Shown here in pieces: positions 56,224 to 64,000 of a DNA stretch of 64,000 nucleotides (positions are counted from its first letter, which is position 1; each line of letters opens with the position of its first letter). Under the pieces are notes generated by a model, which was not told where the DNA came from, did not search any database, and saw only the letters and a list, made by a program, of their open reading frames with translations. The translations under genes were made by a program, and so were the position numbers. The stretch comes from Promethearchaeota archaeon (GTDB lineage: Archaea; Asgardarchaeota; Lokiarchaeia; Sigyniarchaeales; SOKP01): NCBI GenBank assembly GCA_016839915.1, contig JAEOTH010000109.1, forward strand, positions 4,439-68,438, read 5' to 3'.

Positions 56224-56439
56224 ATAGAATTGAAACTTGAGACCCTTTTTATAGAATAAATCATAAGGATATTTCTTTTTTTTTATTTATATTTTAATAG
56301 TAGCAATTAAATATCCTATTAATGTTTTAGAATTGAAGAAAATACATTTTAAGATATTATATTTTAAAATATATCAAATTTAAATAATATTAATTTATAT
56401 GTTTTTTGTCTGAGTAAAAAAGGAATTCATGGATGAATT

Positions 56440-57540
56440 ATGATAATTGACATATTTCTGATCATAGTTTCAATAATAATTTCAATGATTGGAAGTGTTT
56501 ATATATATTTGAATCGTGAGAATTTAGGAAATAAGGTTATCGTTACTTTAAACATTTTCTTATTCTTATGCATGGGAATTTTCTTTCTTGCATCGTTTTA
56601 TTTATCAACACATGTTTATTTTCAAGTGAATATTGCATTAACTTTGTGGGAGTTATCAATATTATTTTGGATGCTTTCAACGGTTATGTTGAGTTTACTT
56701 CAGAAATTTGTTATTAAATTTGAAGAAAAAACCATTTTAACATCAATTTTCTTTTTCCTCATGATTGGTTTAATAATGGGTTTAACATATATATCAAATT
56801 CATTTACGATTACATTAAATGAAAATGGTTATATCTTTATTTTTCAGAATTTAGTATTACTATTCTTTCTTATAAGTTATAATATTACTATTATTGCCAT
56901 ATTATGTTATAATCTCATTAAACATTATCCTCAATTTCGTGATAAAAAGTCAGGAAAAATGTTAAGTATTCTTACTTTTCAATTCTGTATTACTATATCT
57001 ATATATTCAATTTATATAGTTGCTCCAAATATTGTATTTAAATATCTATATGCTGTTATTTACTTAATAGGGTCTTGCTTTGCTTCCTATTATACAATTA
57101 GAAAACCTTTTCTATTAATTGAACTAACAAATAGAATTTATGATTTTATTATTTTCCATAGAAGTGGAATTCTTCTTTATTCATATAATTTCGAGACTGG
57201 TGAGGAAACTGATGAATCTCTATTGAAAGGATCGATACTTATAGGTATTAACCACATTCTTTCTAATTTTATTAATAAAAAAGAACAACTAGGCCTTATT
57301 AAAATGCAAAATAGAGATATTATTCTTGAATACGATAACAATCATGGATATGCTATATTACTGACAACTAATCATAAAAATGCATATATTGATAAGGCTG
57401 TGAGTAATTTTATGATTAAGTTTACAGGATTGAATAAAGAAAAACTGCAAAATCTTACTGGTCTCATCGATGTCTCAGAATTTAGGAATGCAAAAGAAAT
57501 TATACTGGAATTTTTCGAACCTTTTGTTATAAAGGATTAA
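56440..57540 (+). CDS. Polytopic (about 7 TM) membrane protein with C-terminal cytosolic longin/roadblock-like domain (paralog 1)
   Basis: 366 aa. The hydrophobic N-terminal ~225 aa are followed by YDFIIFHRSGILLYSYNF...LKGSILIGINHILSNFI..GYAILLTTNHKN. Confidence 0.6.
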   Translation: MIIDIFLIIVSIIISMIGSVYIYLNRENLGNKVIVTLNIFLFLCMGIFFLASFYLSTHVYFQVNIALTLWELSILFWMLSTVMLSLLQKFVIKFEEKTILTSIFFFLMIGLIMGLTYISNSFTITLNENGYIFIFQNLVLLFFLISYNITIIAILCYNLIKHYPQFRDKKSGKMLSILTFQFCITISIYSIYIVAPNIVFKYLYAVIYLIGSCFASYYTIRKPFLLIELTNRIYDFIIFHRSGILLYSYNFETGEETDESLLKGSILIGINHILSNFINKKEQLGLIKMQNRDIILEYDNNHGYAILLTTNHKNAYIDKAVSNFMIKFTGLNKEKLQNLTGLIDVSEFRNAKEIILEFFEPFVIKD

Positions 57541-57705
57541 ATATATTTGAAAATTAGATTTTTGAAAGAAGATTTGAATATTTTATTTTATCAGTAACAA
57601 AATAAAATTATATTTATGACTGTTTCTTCTAGATTCATTAATATATTGTTTAAAGAAATCAAATTATAGGTAAAGATTAAGAAATTATATTTGTGAATAA
57701 ATTGT

Positions 57706-58842
57706 ATGTTTAGCTTATTTTTGATAATTATAGGATACGTTTTCACACTAAGTGTTAGTATATACACCATGATTTTTATTTTTAAAAATCAGGGTAAATA
57801 TGGTATCAAATTGACCGCTAATTTGAATTTTTTAGCAATTTTCAATGCAGTTATAATATATTCGACGCTTTATTTGTTTTCAGTATTAATTTTATTTTCT
57901 GAAAGTATTAATATTTTGCTTTGGAAGCTTTCCGTTATATTTGGTTTTATCTCGTTATTTATTAATTCATTAATCTATACTTTTTTAAAAGAATTTAAGA
58001 AGATTCCGTATTTTCCTTTTTTAATATTTACTACACTCTTTGGTTTGTTAATAGGTTCGTTTTTTTCACCGAATTCGGTTCAAATTTTAATTAATTCTTT
58101 AAGTACTCCCCCTTTTTTAATTACCGATCTTTCTATCATAAATTTCATATTCAGCATTTCGGCTGGGTTAATCATTGGAATTTTTCAAATTTCTTCTGTG
58201 ATATATTATTTCTTACTCTCTTATGTAATTTACATTACAGCAAGGAAAAAAGAACCAGTAAAAGGTTTAATTGTAAATACATTTATTTTTTTTATTCTAA
58301 TCTTGATGTATATTTTGTACATTACTTTTCAATTATCTATTTTTAGGGAATTACATATTCTCTCTTTATGGGTTAATGTCTTGTCGATTTGTTATATATT
58401 AATAAAGAGACCTGAAATGTTCTTAGAATTAACCAACAAAATATACTATATCAATATATACCACAAATCAGGAATTCTTTTGTATTCCTATCATTTTACT
58501 ATTTCTAATGATGAAGTTGATTCATCCATATGGGGAAATATCCTTATAGGAATTAACCATATTCTCTCTGAATTTGTTGATCCAAAAGATCAAATTGAGG
58601 TACTCCAGACGGAAAATTCGGATATAATAGTGAATTATGACGAACTTGGATTTGCGGTTGTGTTAATAACTAATCGTAAAAATGCTATTTTGAAGAAATT
58701 GATGGATAACTTCGCAACTGAATTTAAGAATAAATTCAAAGACGAATTAGTCGAAATCCAAGATCTAAACAAATTAATTAACGTCTCTGAATTTAAAGAA
58801 ACTAAAGATATCGTAGAAAAAAACTTTCAGATGTATTTATAA
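57706..58842 (+). CDS. Polytopic (about 7 TM) membrane protein with C-terminal longin/roadblock-like domain (paralog 2)
   Basis: 378 aa with the same architecture. Tail: YYINIYHKSGILLYSYHF...IWGNILIGINHILSEFV..GFAVVLITNRKN. Confidence 0.6.
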   Translation: MFSLFLIIIGYVFTLSVSIYTMIFIFKNQGKYGIKLTANLNFLAIFNAVIIYSTLYLFSVLILFSESINILLWKLSVIFGFISLFINSLIYTFLKEFKKIPYFPFLIFTTLFGLLIGSFFSPNSVQILINSLSTPPFLITDLSIINFIFSISAGLIIGIFQISSVIYYFLLSYVIYITARKKEPVKGLIVNTFIFFILILMYILYITFQLSIFRELHILSLWVNVLSICYILIKRPEMFLELTNKIYYINIYHKSGILLYSYHFTISNDEVDSSIWGNILIGINHILSEFVDPKDQIEVLQTENSDIIVNYDELGFAVVLITNRKNAILKKLMDNFATEFKNKFKDELVEIQDLNKLINVSEFKETKDIVEKNFQMYL

Positions 58843-58956
58843 CTGAAGGATCTTCTTAAAATTGGACTCTAGAAGTTATATATAAATTATTTAATTAAGC
58901 TTATTATTCAATAAAAATAATATAATTAATAATATATCACATGGAGTAAATGAAAT

Positions 58957-59559
58957 TTGTCATTAAAATTCTGTCCTAAATGTGGAAATGAATTAGAACC
59001 ATTCGCAACTTTTTGTCATTCTTGTGGTGAAAATCTGGGAACAAGACAGGAATATTCTGATCATAGACAAGATACAGCGGTATTAATACCCACTCCTAAA
59101 CCCCAAATTAGTTCAACAACAGTAGAATACGGTACTTTTGTAAATAGATTAATTGCATTTATTGTTGATTCTATTATAATTGGGGGGATTGGTACATTGC
59201 TCTCATTGGTATTATTTGTGTCTTGGATACCATTTAATATTTTCAATCCTTTTGAAAGCGGATTCTGGACACTTTCATTCCCTTTTGATTGGTTTATCGG
59301 ATTCTTATATCATTGGCTCATGGAATCTTATAATAATGGTCAAACTGTAGGAAAAAAGTTATTAAAACTTAGAACTGTTGATGAAAAAACTTTGGGAAAT
59401 GCTTCGTTGAGTAAATATGCTATAAATAATATTTTCAAGAGTTCCCCTTTTCTTATATTAGATCTTATCATTGGAGTTCTTAAAAATTCTGAAGATCCGA
59501 AGAATAGACTGAGAATTATGCAGAAAACTTCTGAAACTGTTGTAATCGTCTCTAAATAG
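58957..59559 (+). CDS. Zinc-ribbon plus RDD-family membrane protein
   Basis: CPKCGNEL..CHSCGENL at the N-terminus, then FVNRLIAFIVDSIIIGGIG.. and later GQTVGKKLLKLR, typical of RDD domains. TTG start. Confidence 0.7.
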   Translation: MSLKFCPKCGNELEPFATFCHSCGENLGTRQEYSDHRQDTAVLIPTPKPQISSTTVEYGTFVNRLIAFIVDSIIIGGIGTLLSLVLFVSWIPFNIFNPFESGFWTLSFPFDWFIGFLYHWLMESYNNGQTVGKKLLKLRTVDEKTLGNASLSKYAINNIFKSSPFLILDLIIGVLKNSEDPKNRLRIMQKTSETVVIVSK

Positions 59560-59715
59560 AAGTTTTTTGACACATTAAATTATTCTGATTTTCTTTTTTT
59601 TTTTAAAAATTGTATTAGAAATCTATTAGTATCTAAATATTTATAAAGCTAAGTTAGTATGAATATCCTCAGAGAATATAATTTCAATATCTCATCAATA
59701 GAGTTGATTAGTTAA

Positions 59716-59922
59716 ATGAAACAAATAGAATATCAAGATTATGAATGGGCGAACGATTGGAAGGTTATTGTACAAATTTTTGATACAATAGATAACTTGA
59801 AATTATTATTTAAACAATTAGATGTAACCTATCTACGAAAAGTTCAACAAAAAATCCTTATTTTAAATCTTGAGAAATATGTTTGGTCTTTGCAGGAATT
59901 TATTATCCAAAAATATAGCTAA
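59716..59922 (+). CDS. Hypothetical small protein (68 aa)
   Basis: ORF only. No motif and no clear ribosome-binding site. Confidence 0.3.
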   Translation: MKQIEYQDYEWANDWKVIVQIFDTIDNLKLLFKQLDVTYLRKVQQKILILNLEKYVWSLQEFIIQKYS

Positions 59923-60096
59923 CTTTAATTTCATTAAATTATTGAAATAGTGTATTCTAGCTCCATTCTATTGAGAATTATATAAATTCAAATCCTTTAA
60001 GTTACTTAACATTTATTTAAACTTAGATAGAATTATCTATAGGAACTGTATCTGTCGCGAGTGTCGTTATTAATGTTGAACAGAAATTAATTAATT

Positions 60097-60810
60097 TCAA
60101 TTTTTCTTTAATTTCTTGAAGATTTCTACAATATCGACTTTTAACATGAGATAAACTATAATGACTGTGAAATATAATGTTATAATACTAAGTATCCAAT
60201 TTTCTCCTCCTAAAAAAATACATATGTTAAACAAATTATAAGCAAATATTAACATAAGTCCTAGTTTTCCTAACCATACCCAAAAAATCGTCTTCTTAAT
60301 GTCATATTTAATTAAACCCAATGGTACTGTTATCATATCGTCATTTAAAGGTGTAAGTCCAAAGAGATAAATAAGGAATGGTGCTAGTTTCGGATGTTCA
60401 ACTAAATATTGTTGATATTTTTTTAAATTTTCTTTTCTGTCTACAGAAATTACTTCTGAAGCACCTCTACCTACTAAATACCCAACCATCTCCCCTACCA
60501 AGCATCCTAAAGATGCTATAAATCCAACTAAAAGAGGAACAAAAGGGTTTAATTCTCGAAATGGTAGGGAACTATAACACACAACAAATGTATATGGAGT
60601 AGGGATTGGGAGTAAATTTCCAATCATACAAACCCAAAAAGTAATGAGAAGCCCTGAACCCAAATCTAAAAAGGGTGGATATCTTGATAAATTTTCTATA
60701 ATAACTCTATGAGATTCATTTAATAAAAAATCAATCGCGATTATGGTTAAAGCTATAAGTAAAATAATGAAAACCAAGTCAATCTTTTTAAATTTCAAAC
60801 TAAATTTCAC
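60097..60810 (-). CDS. Membrane protein, possibly DedA/VTT (TVP38/TMEM64-like) family
   Basis: 237 aa, 5-6 TM. NLLPIPTPYTFVV and GYLVGRG segments recall the VTT-domain pattern. The assignment is tentative. Confidence 0.4.
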   Translation of the reverse strand: MKFSLKFKKIDLVFIILLIALTIIAIDFLLNESHRVIIENLSRYPPFLDLGSGLLITFWVCMIGNLLPIPTPYTFVVCYSSLPFRELNPFVPLLVGFIASLGCLVGEMVGYLVGRGASEVISVDRKENLKKYQQYLVEHPKLAPFLIYLFGLTPLNDDMITVPLGLIKYDIKKTIFWVWLGKLGLMLIFAYNLFNICIFLGGENWILSIITLYFTVIIVYLMLKVDIVEIFKKLKKN

Positions 60811-60968
60811 TTTCTTTATAATTAATAAGTTAAATTTAAGGCATTGAAAGAGTTATAAAAATAATACTTAAGATTTTTCTTTTTTTAAGTCTTTTACATA
60901 TAACCGTTCTACGTTGTTGAGAAGGGGGACATCTAACATAAGACATTAGAGTAAGTTTAAAACTAATT

Positions 60969-61646
60969 TTATTTCTTATCGGTTTTTTGTAAAAGTTCAA
61001 GTAACACAACGTTATTATATGAAAATAGCATCCTAGGAATATAATTCTCTGCTAAGTATGGTCCATCTTCAATGTCTTCTTTTAATGGAAAAAGCTTTTT
61101 TTCTTTTATCACAGAGTCTAAATAATTTCTATCGTATTCCTTGTACCCATATATTTTGTTTTTAACTATTACGATTTTCCTCTCATAACCTTCCGGTACA
61201 CCTGTTTTTTCAAGAAGTAATAGGATTTTCTCTCTTGATAAACTTTCAAGCAGTTCCATATCTTGTTCAGTTCCCTCATAGGTGGGTCCAGTTTGTGCTT
61301 CTATATATTCAGGCTCTTTTTCTATACCAGCGAGTATTTTGAAACCTAAAGTTTCATTACCCTCATCGACAGCACTTATTTTAAAACCAATCCCATACCT
61401 ATCCCTAATGGAAGGTGCTAATTTCGCAGCAATAAATTTCATCCTTGTAGTAGTATTACTACCATGCCAAATCCAAACGCGATATCTGGTAGGATCAACA
61501 AAAAGTAGTACAAAATCTGGATCCAAAAGTTCAGTTATTTGAATATCTTCCGCTAATTCTAATTCTTGGAATTCATTTAGTTCATCATTATACTGAAAAA
61601 CAATAAGCTTCTTTTTATCAGTTTCTGGTAATTTATCATCTGGCAT
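60969..61646 (-). CDS. Gelsolin/cofilin-fold domain protein (Asgard-type gelsolin-like)
   Basis: LLDPDFVLLFVDPTRYRVWIWHGSNTTTRMKFIAAKLAPSIRD...KISAVDEGNETLGFKILAG matches the gelsolin-repeat pattern (D.fiLd....iy.W.G..s...ek..a...A......v.eG.E...F). Confidence 0.55.
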   Translation of the reverse strand: MPDDKLPETDKKKLIVFQYNDELNEFQELELAEDIQITELLDPDFVLLFVDPTRYRVWIWHGSNTTTRMKFIAAKLAPSIRDRYGIGFKISAVDEGNETLGFKILAGIEKEPEYIEAQTGPTYEGTEQDMELLESLSREKILLLLEKTGVPEGYERKIVIVKNKIYGYKEYDRNYLDSVIKEKKLFPLKEDIEDGPYLAENYIPRMLFSYNNVVLLELLQKTDKK

Positions 61647-61727
61647 AATATAAGTTTATCAGTTTCAATTTATATTACTATATAATTTTACTAATATATT
61701 ATTATTTTGACTTTTACCAATATGAAA

Positions 61728-61812
61728 TGCGGGAAGGGAGATTTGAACTCCCGAACTCCTACGAGAATGGGATCTGAACCCATCACCTTTGACCAAACTT
61801 GGCAATTCCCGC
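61728..61812 (-). tRNA. tRNA-Leu: tRNA-Leu (anticodon CAG), class II with long variable arm, no encoded CCA, no intron
   Basis: Reverse complement: GCGGGAATTGCCAAGTTTGGTCAAAGGTGATGGGTTCAGATCCCATTCTCGTAGGAGTTCGGGAGTTCAAATCTCCCTTCCCGCA. Acceptor GCGGGAA/TTCCCGC, anticodon stem ATGGG/CCCAT with loop TTCAGAT, T arm GGGAG-TTCAAAT-CTCCC. Confidence 0.9.
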
Positions 61813-61918
61813 AAAATTTATGTAGATAGTCCTATTCTCTTATCTAATTAACTATTAATTATTTAAAATTCCTAAAAATCTTATTGGTTTTTATAAAAAC
61901 CAATTAAATCCATAGAAA

Positions 61919-62545
61919 ATGCATGAGCTTTTAGACAAAATACAGAATCTTAAAAATAGTGAGATAAAAAATCGCATTGATACTCGTTTATTTGAATTCA
62001 GTGTTATTAAAAACCAGCCTATAGATTCGATATTCAAAGAACTCTGCTTTTGCCTTATGACAGCTAACTGTAGTGCTGCAAAATGTATTGAAATACATGA
62101 ATATATTAATGAAGGTTTTCTCAATTACTCGGAAATACGTCTCGTAAACAAATTTAAAGAATTAGGTTATCGGTTTCCTAATGTGCGATCTAGATTTATT
62201 ATTGAGGCAAGACAAAAAATATCTCAGTTAGAAAGTATTATTAAATCTGGAAATGATGGACATAATTTGAGAGACTGGATCGCTAAAAACATTAAGGGAA
62301 TTGGATATAAAGAAGCCAGTCATTTCCTAAGAAATATTGGTTATAATAATTATGCGATAATTGACTTTCATATAATAGATCTTTTAGTTTATTATAATCT
62401 AATTGAAAAACCAAAGATTTTAACTAAATCTAAATATCTTGAAATTGAAGAAGTGTTGAAAGATATTGGAAATAAAATTGAATTAAATTTAGCTGAATTA
62501 GATTTATATCTATGGTATCTAGAAACGGGAAAAATTCTTAAGTAA
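61919..62545 (+). CDS. ogg: 8-oxoguanine DNA glycosylase/AP lyase, archaeal Ogg2-type (HhH-GPD)
   Basis: NIKGIGYKEASHFLRNIGYNNYAIIDFHI is the HhH plus catalytic Lys/Asp block of Ogg2 enzymes. 208 aa. Confidence 0.8.
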   Translation: MHELLDKIQNLKNSEIKNRIDTRLFEFSVIKNQPIDSIFKELCFCLMTANCSAAKCIEIHEYINEGFLNYSEIRLVNKFKELGYRFPNVRSRFIIEARQKISQLESIIKSGNDGHNLRDWIAKNIKGIGYKEASHFLRNIGYNNYAIIDFHIIDLLVYYNLIEKPKILTKSKYLEIEEVLKDIGNKIELNLAELDLYLWYLETGKILK

Positions 62546-62606
62546 ATAAAAAATTAAAAATTCAATAGAGAATGAAATATCAATTAAATATAATAAATGA
62601 TTAGAA

Positions 62607-63278
62607 GTGGATCCTACTTGTCATAATTGTAATAGTCTAAATTTTTGCATCCGTGGAAAACCAAACAAAAATATAGAAAATTGTCCTATGATTGTGAGTC
62701 CCGAAATTGAAGATAAAGCATTCAATCATTATAAGACTGATGAGGTCATAAAAAAAACAACAAAAATGGCATCTATTGTAGAAGCTTCAGGATATATTAA
62801 TTGGCCTCGTTTAAAAGATACTATAGAATTTGCTACAAGAATGGGATATAAAAAAATCGGATTGGCTTTTTGCGTTGGTTTGCGAAGAGAAGCAAAAAAG
62901 ACAGCAGAGATCCTAGATAAATATTCTTTTGAAGTATGTTCAGTATGCTGTAAAAATGGAGCAATTAAAAAAATCGACCTCGAAGTTCCTGAAGAATATA
63001 CTGTTTTCTCCAAAACAGGGTATCCGCTTGGATTTGTTTCATGTAATCCCGTTGCTCAAGCATTATTATTAAATAAAGCTAATACTGAAATGAATTTAAT
63101 AATTGGCTTATGTGTTGGACATGATATTACTTTTACTCAACTCTCAAATGCCCCAGTTAGCACTCTAATTGCAAAAGATAGATCAAATCCTCATAATCCC
63201 GCAGCAGTTTTATATACCTCCTATGGAGACTCGTATTTTACAAAAGACTTAAAAATGAGGTTGAGAGAGAATAAATAG
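62607..63278 (+). CDS. Cys-rich metal-binding protein, DUF1847-like
   Basis: GTG start. CHNC..x..C..x..CP at the N-terminus, further CC/C clusters (VCSVCCKNG, LCVGHD). Family assignment is from memory of the pattern. Confidence 0.45.
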   Translation: MDPTCHNCNSLNFCIRGKPNKNIENCPMIVSPEIEDKAFNHYKTDEVIKKTTKMASIVEASGYINWPRLKDTIEFATRMGYKKIGLAFCVGLRREAKKTAEILDKYSFEVCSVCCKNGAIKKIDLEVPEEYTVFSKTGYPLGFVSCNPVAQALLLNKANTEMNLIIGLCVGHDITFTQLSNAPVSTLIAKDRSNPHNPAAVLYTSYGDSYFTKDLKMRLRENK

Positions 63279-63614
63279 AGTTATGATAATCGTACTTATT
63301 CTCTCATCTTGAGATTCATACTTCTTGTTTGGTATTTCTTTCTCAGAAGGAAGACTCCAATATTCCCTATTAGAACTACTATCGTAGAGATAATAGCGAA
63401 ACCTATATATTATAAACTTTCAAAACCAGGTGGTATAATTCCGTGTTCCCACATTTCTTTATGAAATAGGTAAAGGTCCCCACTAACGCGAAACTCATTT
63501 TAACCATTACATTTCTTGAGATTTCATTTTATCTAGTTGTTATTCTTTGCTATAAGTATATTTAAATATGAATATATGAAATTCATTATTAATATCAACA
63601 AATTAAAGAAGTGA

Positions 63615-64000
63615 TTTAAAGTAAGATATCCGAATAAAGTTATAGAATTTATTAAACAGCTTCCTGAGGAACATTCCGGGTTAATAAAACTAATTAAAAA
63701 AAATTATAAAAGAATTGATTTTGATAAATTGAAGCCTTTTAATTCTAAAAGTGAGATATTAGAAGTACAGACTTTTTATATGCAAGTTATTGAAGATATT
63801 GTCTTATCAAATCCAAATGCTTTAGAATTGCTCAAAACTCTGCTTGTAATTAATATGGAAATAGATACTAATATTGATAGTGGGTCTATAAAAACCTGCT
63901 GCAAATTTTCAAATATTGAGAAATCCATCCAATTTTTACTTGATACCGGAATAATAAAGAGAAAAAAGGGTAAAGAAGGGTTATACGAATTTTCCTTTCA
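63615..64000 (+). CDS. Partial ORF running off the window end (unknown function; start unresolved)
   Basis: Open frame FKVRYPNKVIEFIKQLPEEHSGLIKLIKK...LLDTGIIKRKKGKEGLYEFSF. The only upstream in-frame ATG (63576) is separated from it by an in-frame TGA (63612-14). Confidence 0.35.

Noticed and set aside
50700-61812. Possible integrated element at tRNA-Leu carrying the methyltransferases
   Set aside because: No integrase, transposase, or direct repeat of the tRNA 3' end was seen. The gene content (GTPase, 7TM, RDD, gelsolin-like) looks chromosomal.
63612-63614. In-frame TGA as a selenocysteine codon
   Set aside because: The context (KK-U-FK, 12 codons from the start) is unlike known selenoprotein active sites. 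I could not identify a SECIS-like structure in the sequence available. It is left as an open low-priority observation.
1-64000. Search for CRISPR arrays, rRNA genes, IS elements, additional tRNAs and C/D-box sRNAs
   Set aside because: No regularly spaced direct repeats were seen. No rRNA-like GC-rich blocks were seen. The only tRNA-like T-arm is at 61728-61812. No convincing RUGAUGA...CUGA pairs occur in intergenic regions. This was checked by eye only, so small RNAs could have been missed.

Overview
Visibly AT-rich archaeal chromosomal segment. The gene content points to an Asgard (Lokiarchaeia-like) genome: Roadblock/LC7 proteins, a Roadblock-small GTPase fusion, longin-like modules, a gelsolin-like protein, and many N-glycosylation-sequon-rich surface proteins with C-terminal membrane anchors. 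No rRNA, CRISPR array, transposase or integrase was seen.

Gene order from left to right:
- TetR fragment, then two Opp/Dpp-type ABC permeases.
- A 4-gene minus-strand operon: two paralogous single-pass surface proteins, a cytosolic alpha/beta-domain protein, and a TrmB-like HTH coiled-coil protein.
- SDR and a Roadblock gene.
- A corrinoid protein plus URO-D-family methyltransferase cassette, embedded in an array of right-handed beta-helix surface-protein paralogs (one of them truncated).
- TatD and three tandem MBL-fold hydrolases.
- A coiled-coil protein, an amidohydrolase and a GCS2-like ligase.
- A large isoprenoid cluster at 27.6-42.6 kb: UppS, HMG-CoA synthase, UbiX, class II HMG-CoA reductase, UbiD-type decarboxylase, aconitase-X large and small subunits, MVD-like decarboxylase, mevalonate kinase, an IPK-IDI2 fusion and GGPP synthase.
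- GH38 mannosidase, a PHP-type membrane protein and an AlkP/NPP enzyme.
- An EF-Tu-like protein with a degenerate G domain.
- Two DNA methyltransferases flanking a Roadblock-GTPase gene.
- Two 7TM proteins with longin-like tails, an RDD protein, a gelsolin-like protein, tRNA-Leu(CAG), Ogg and a DUF1847-like protein.

Most striking observation: two unrelated genes, the Roadblock gene at 10682 and mevalonate kinase at 37492, are each interrupted by an insertion of exactly 31 nt that carries stop codons. Folded by eye, each insertion sits in a bulge-helix-bulge (BHB) structure. The canonical archaeal splicing-endonuclease cut sites in those structures coincide exactly with the exon junctions predicted from protein homology. 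This suggests endonuclease-spliced mini-introns in protein-coding mRNAs.

Limits: all calls rest on my own reading of the ORF translations and on hand-folded RNA. No database search or folding program was run.
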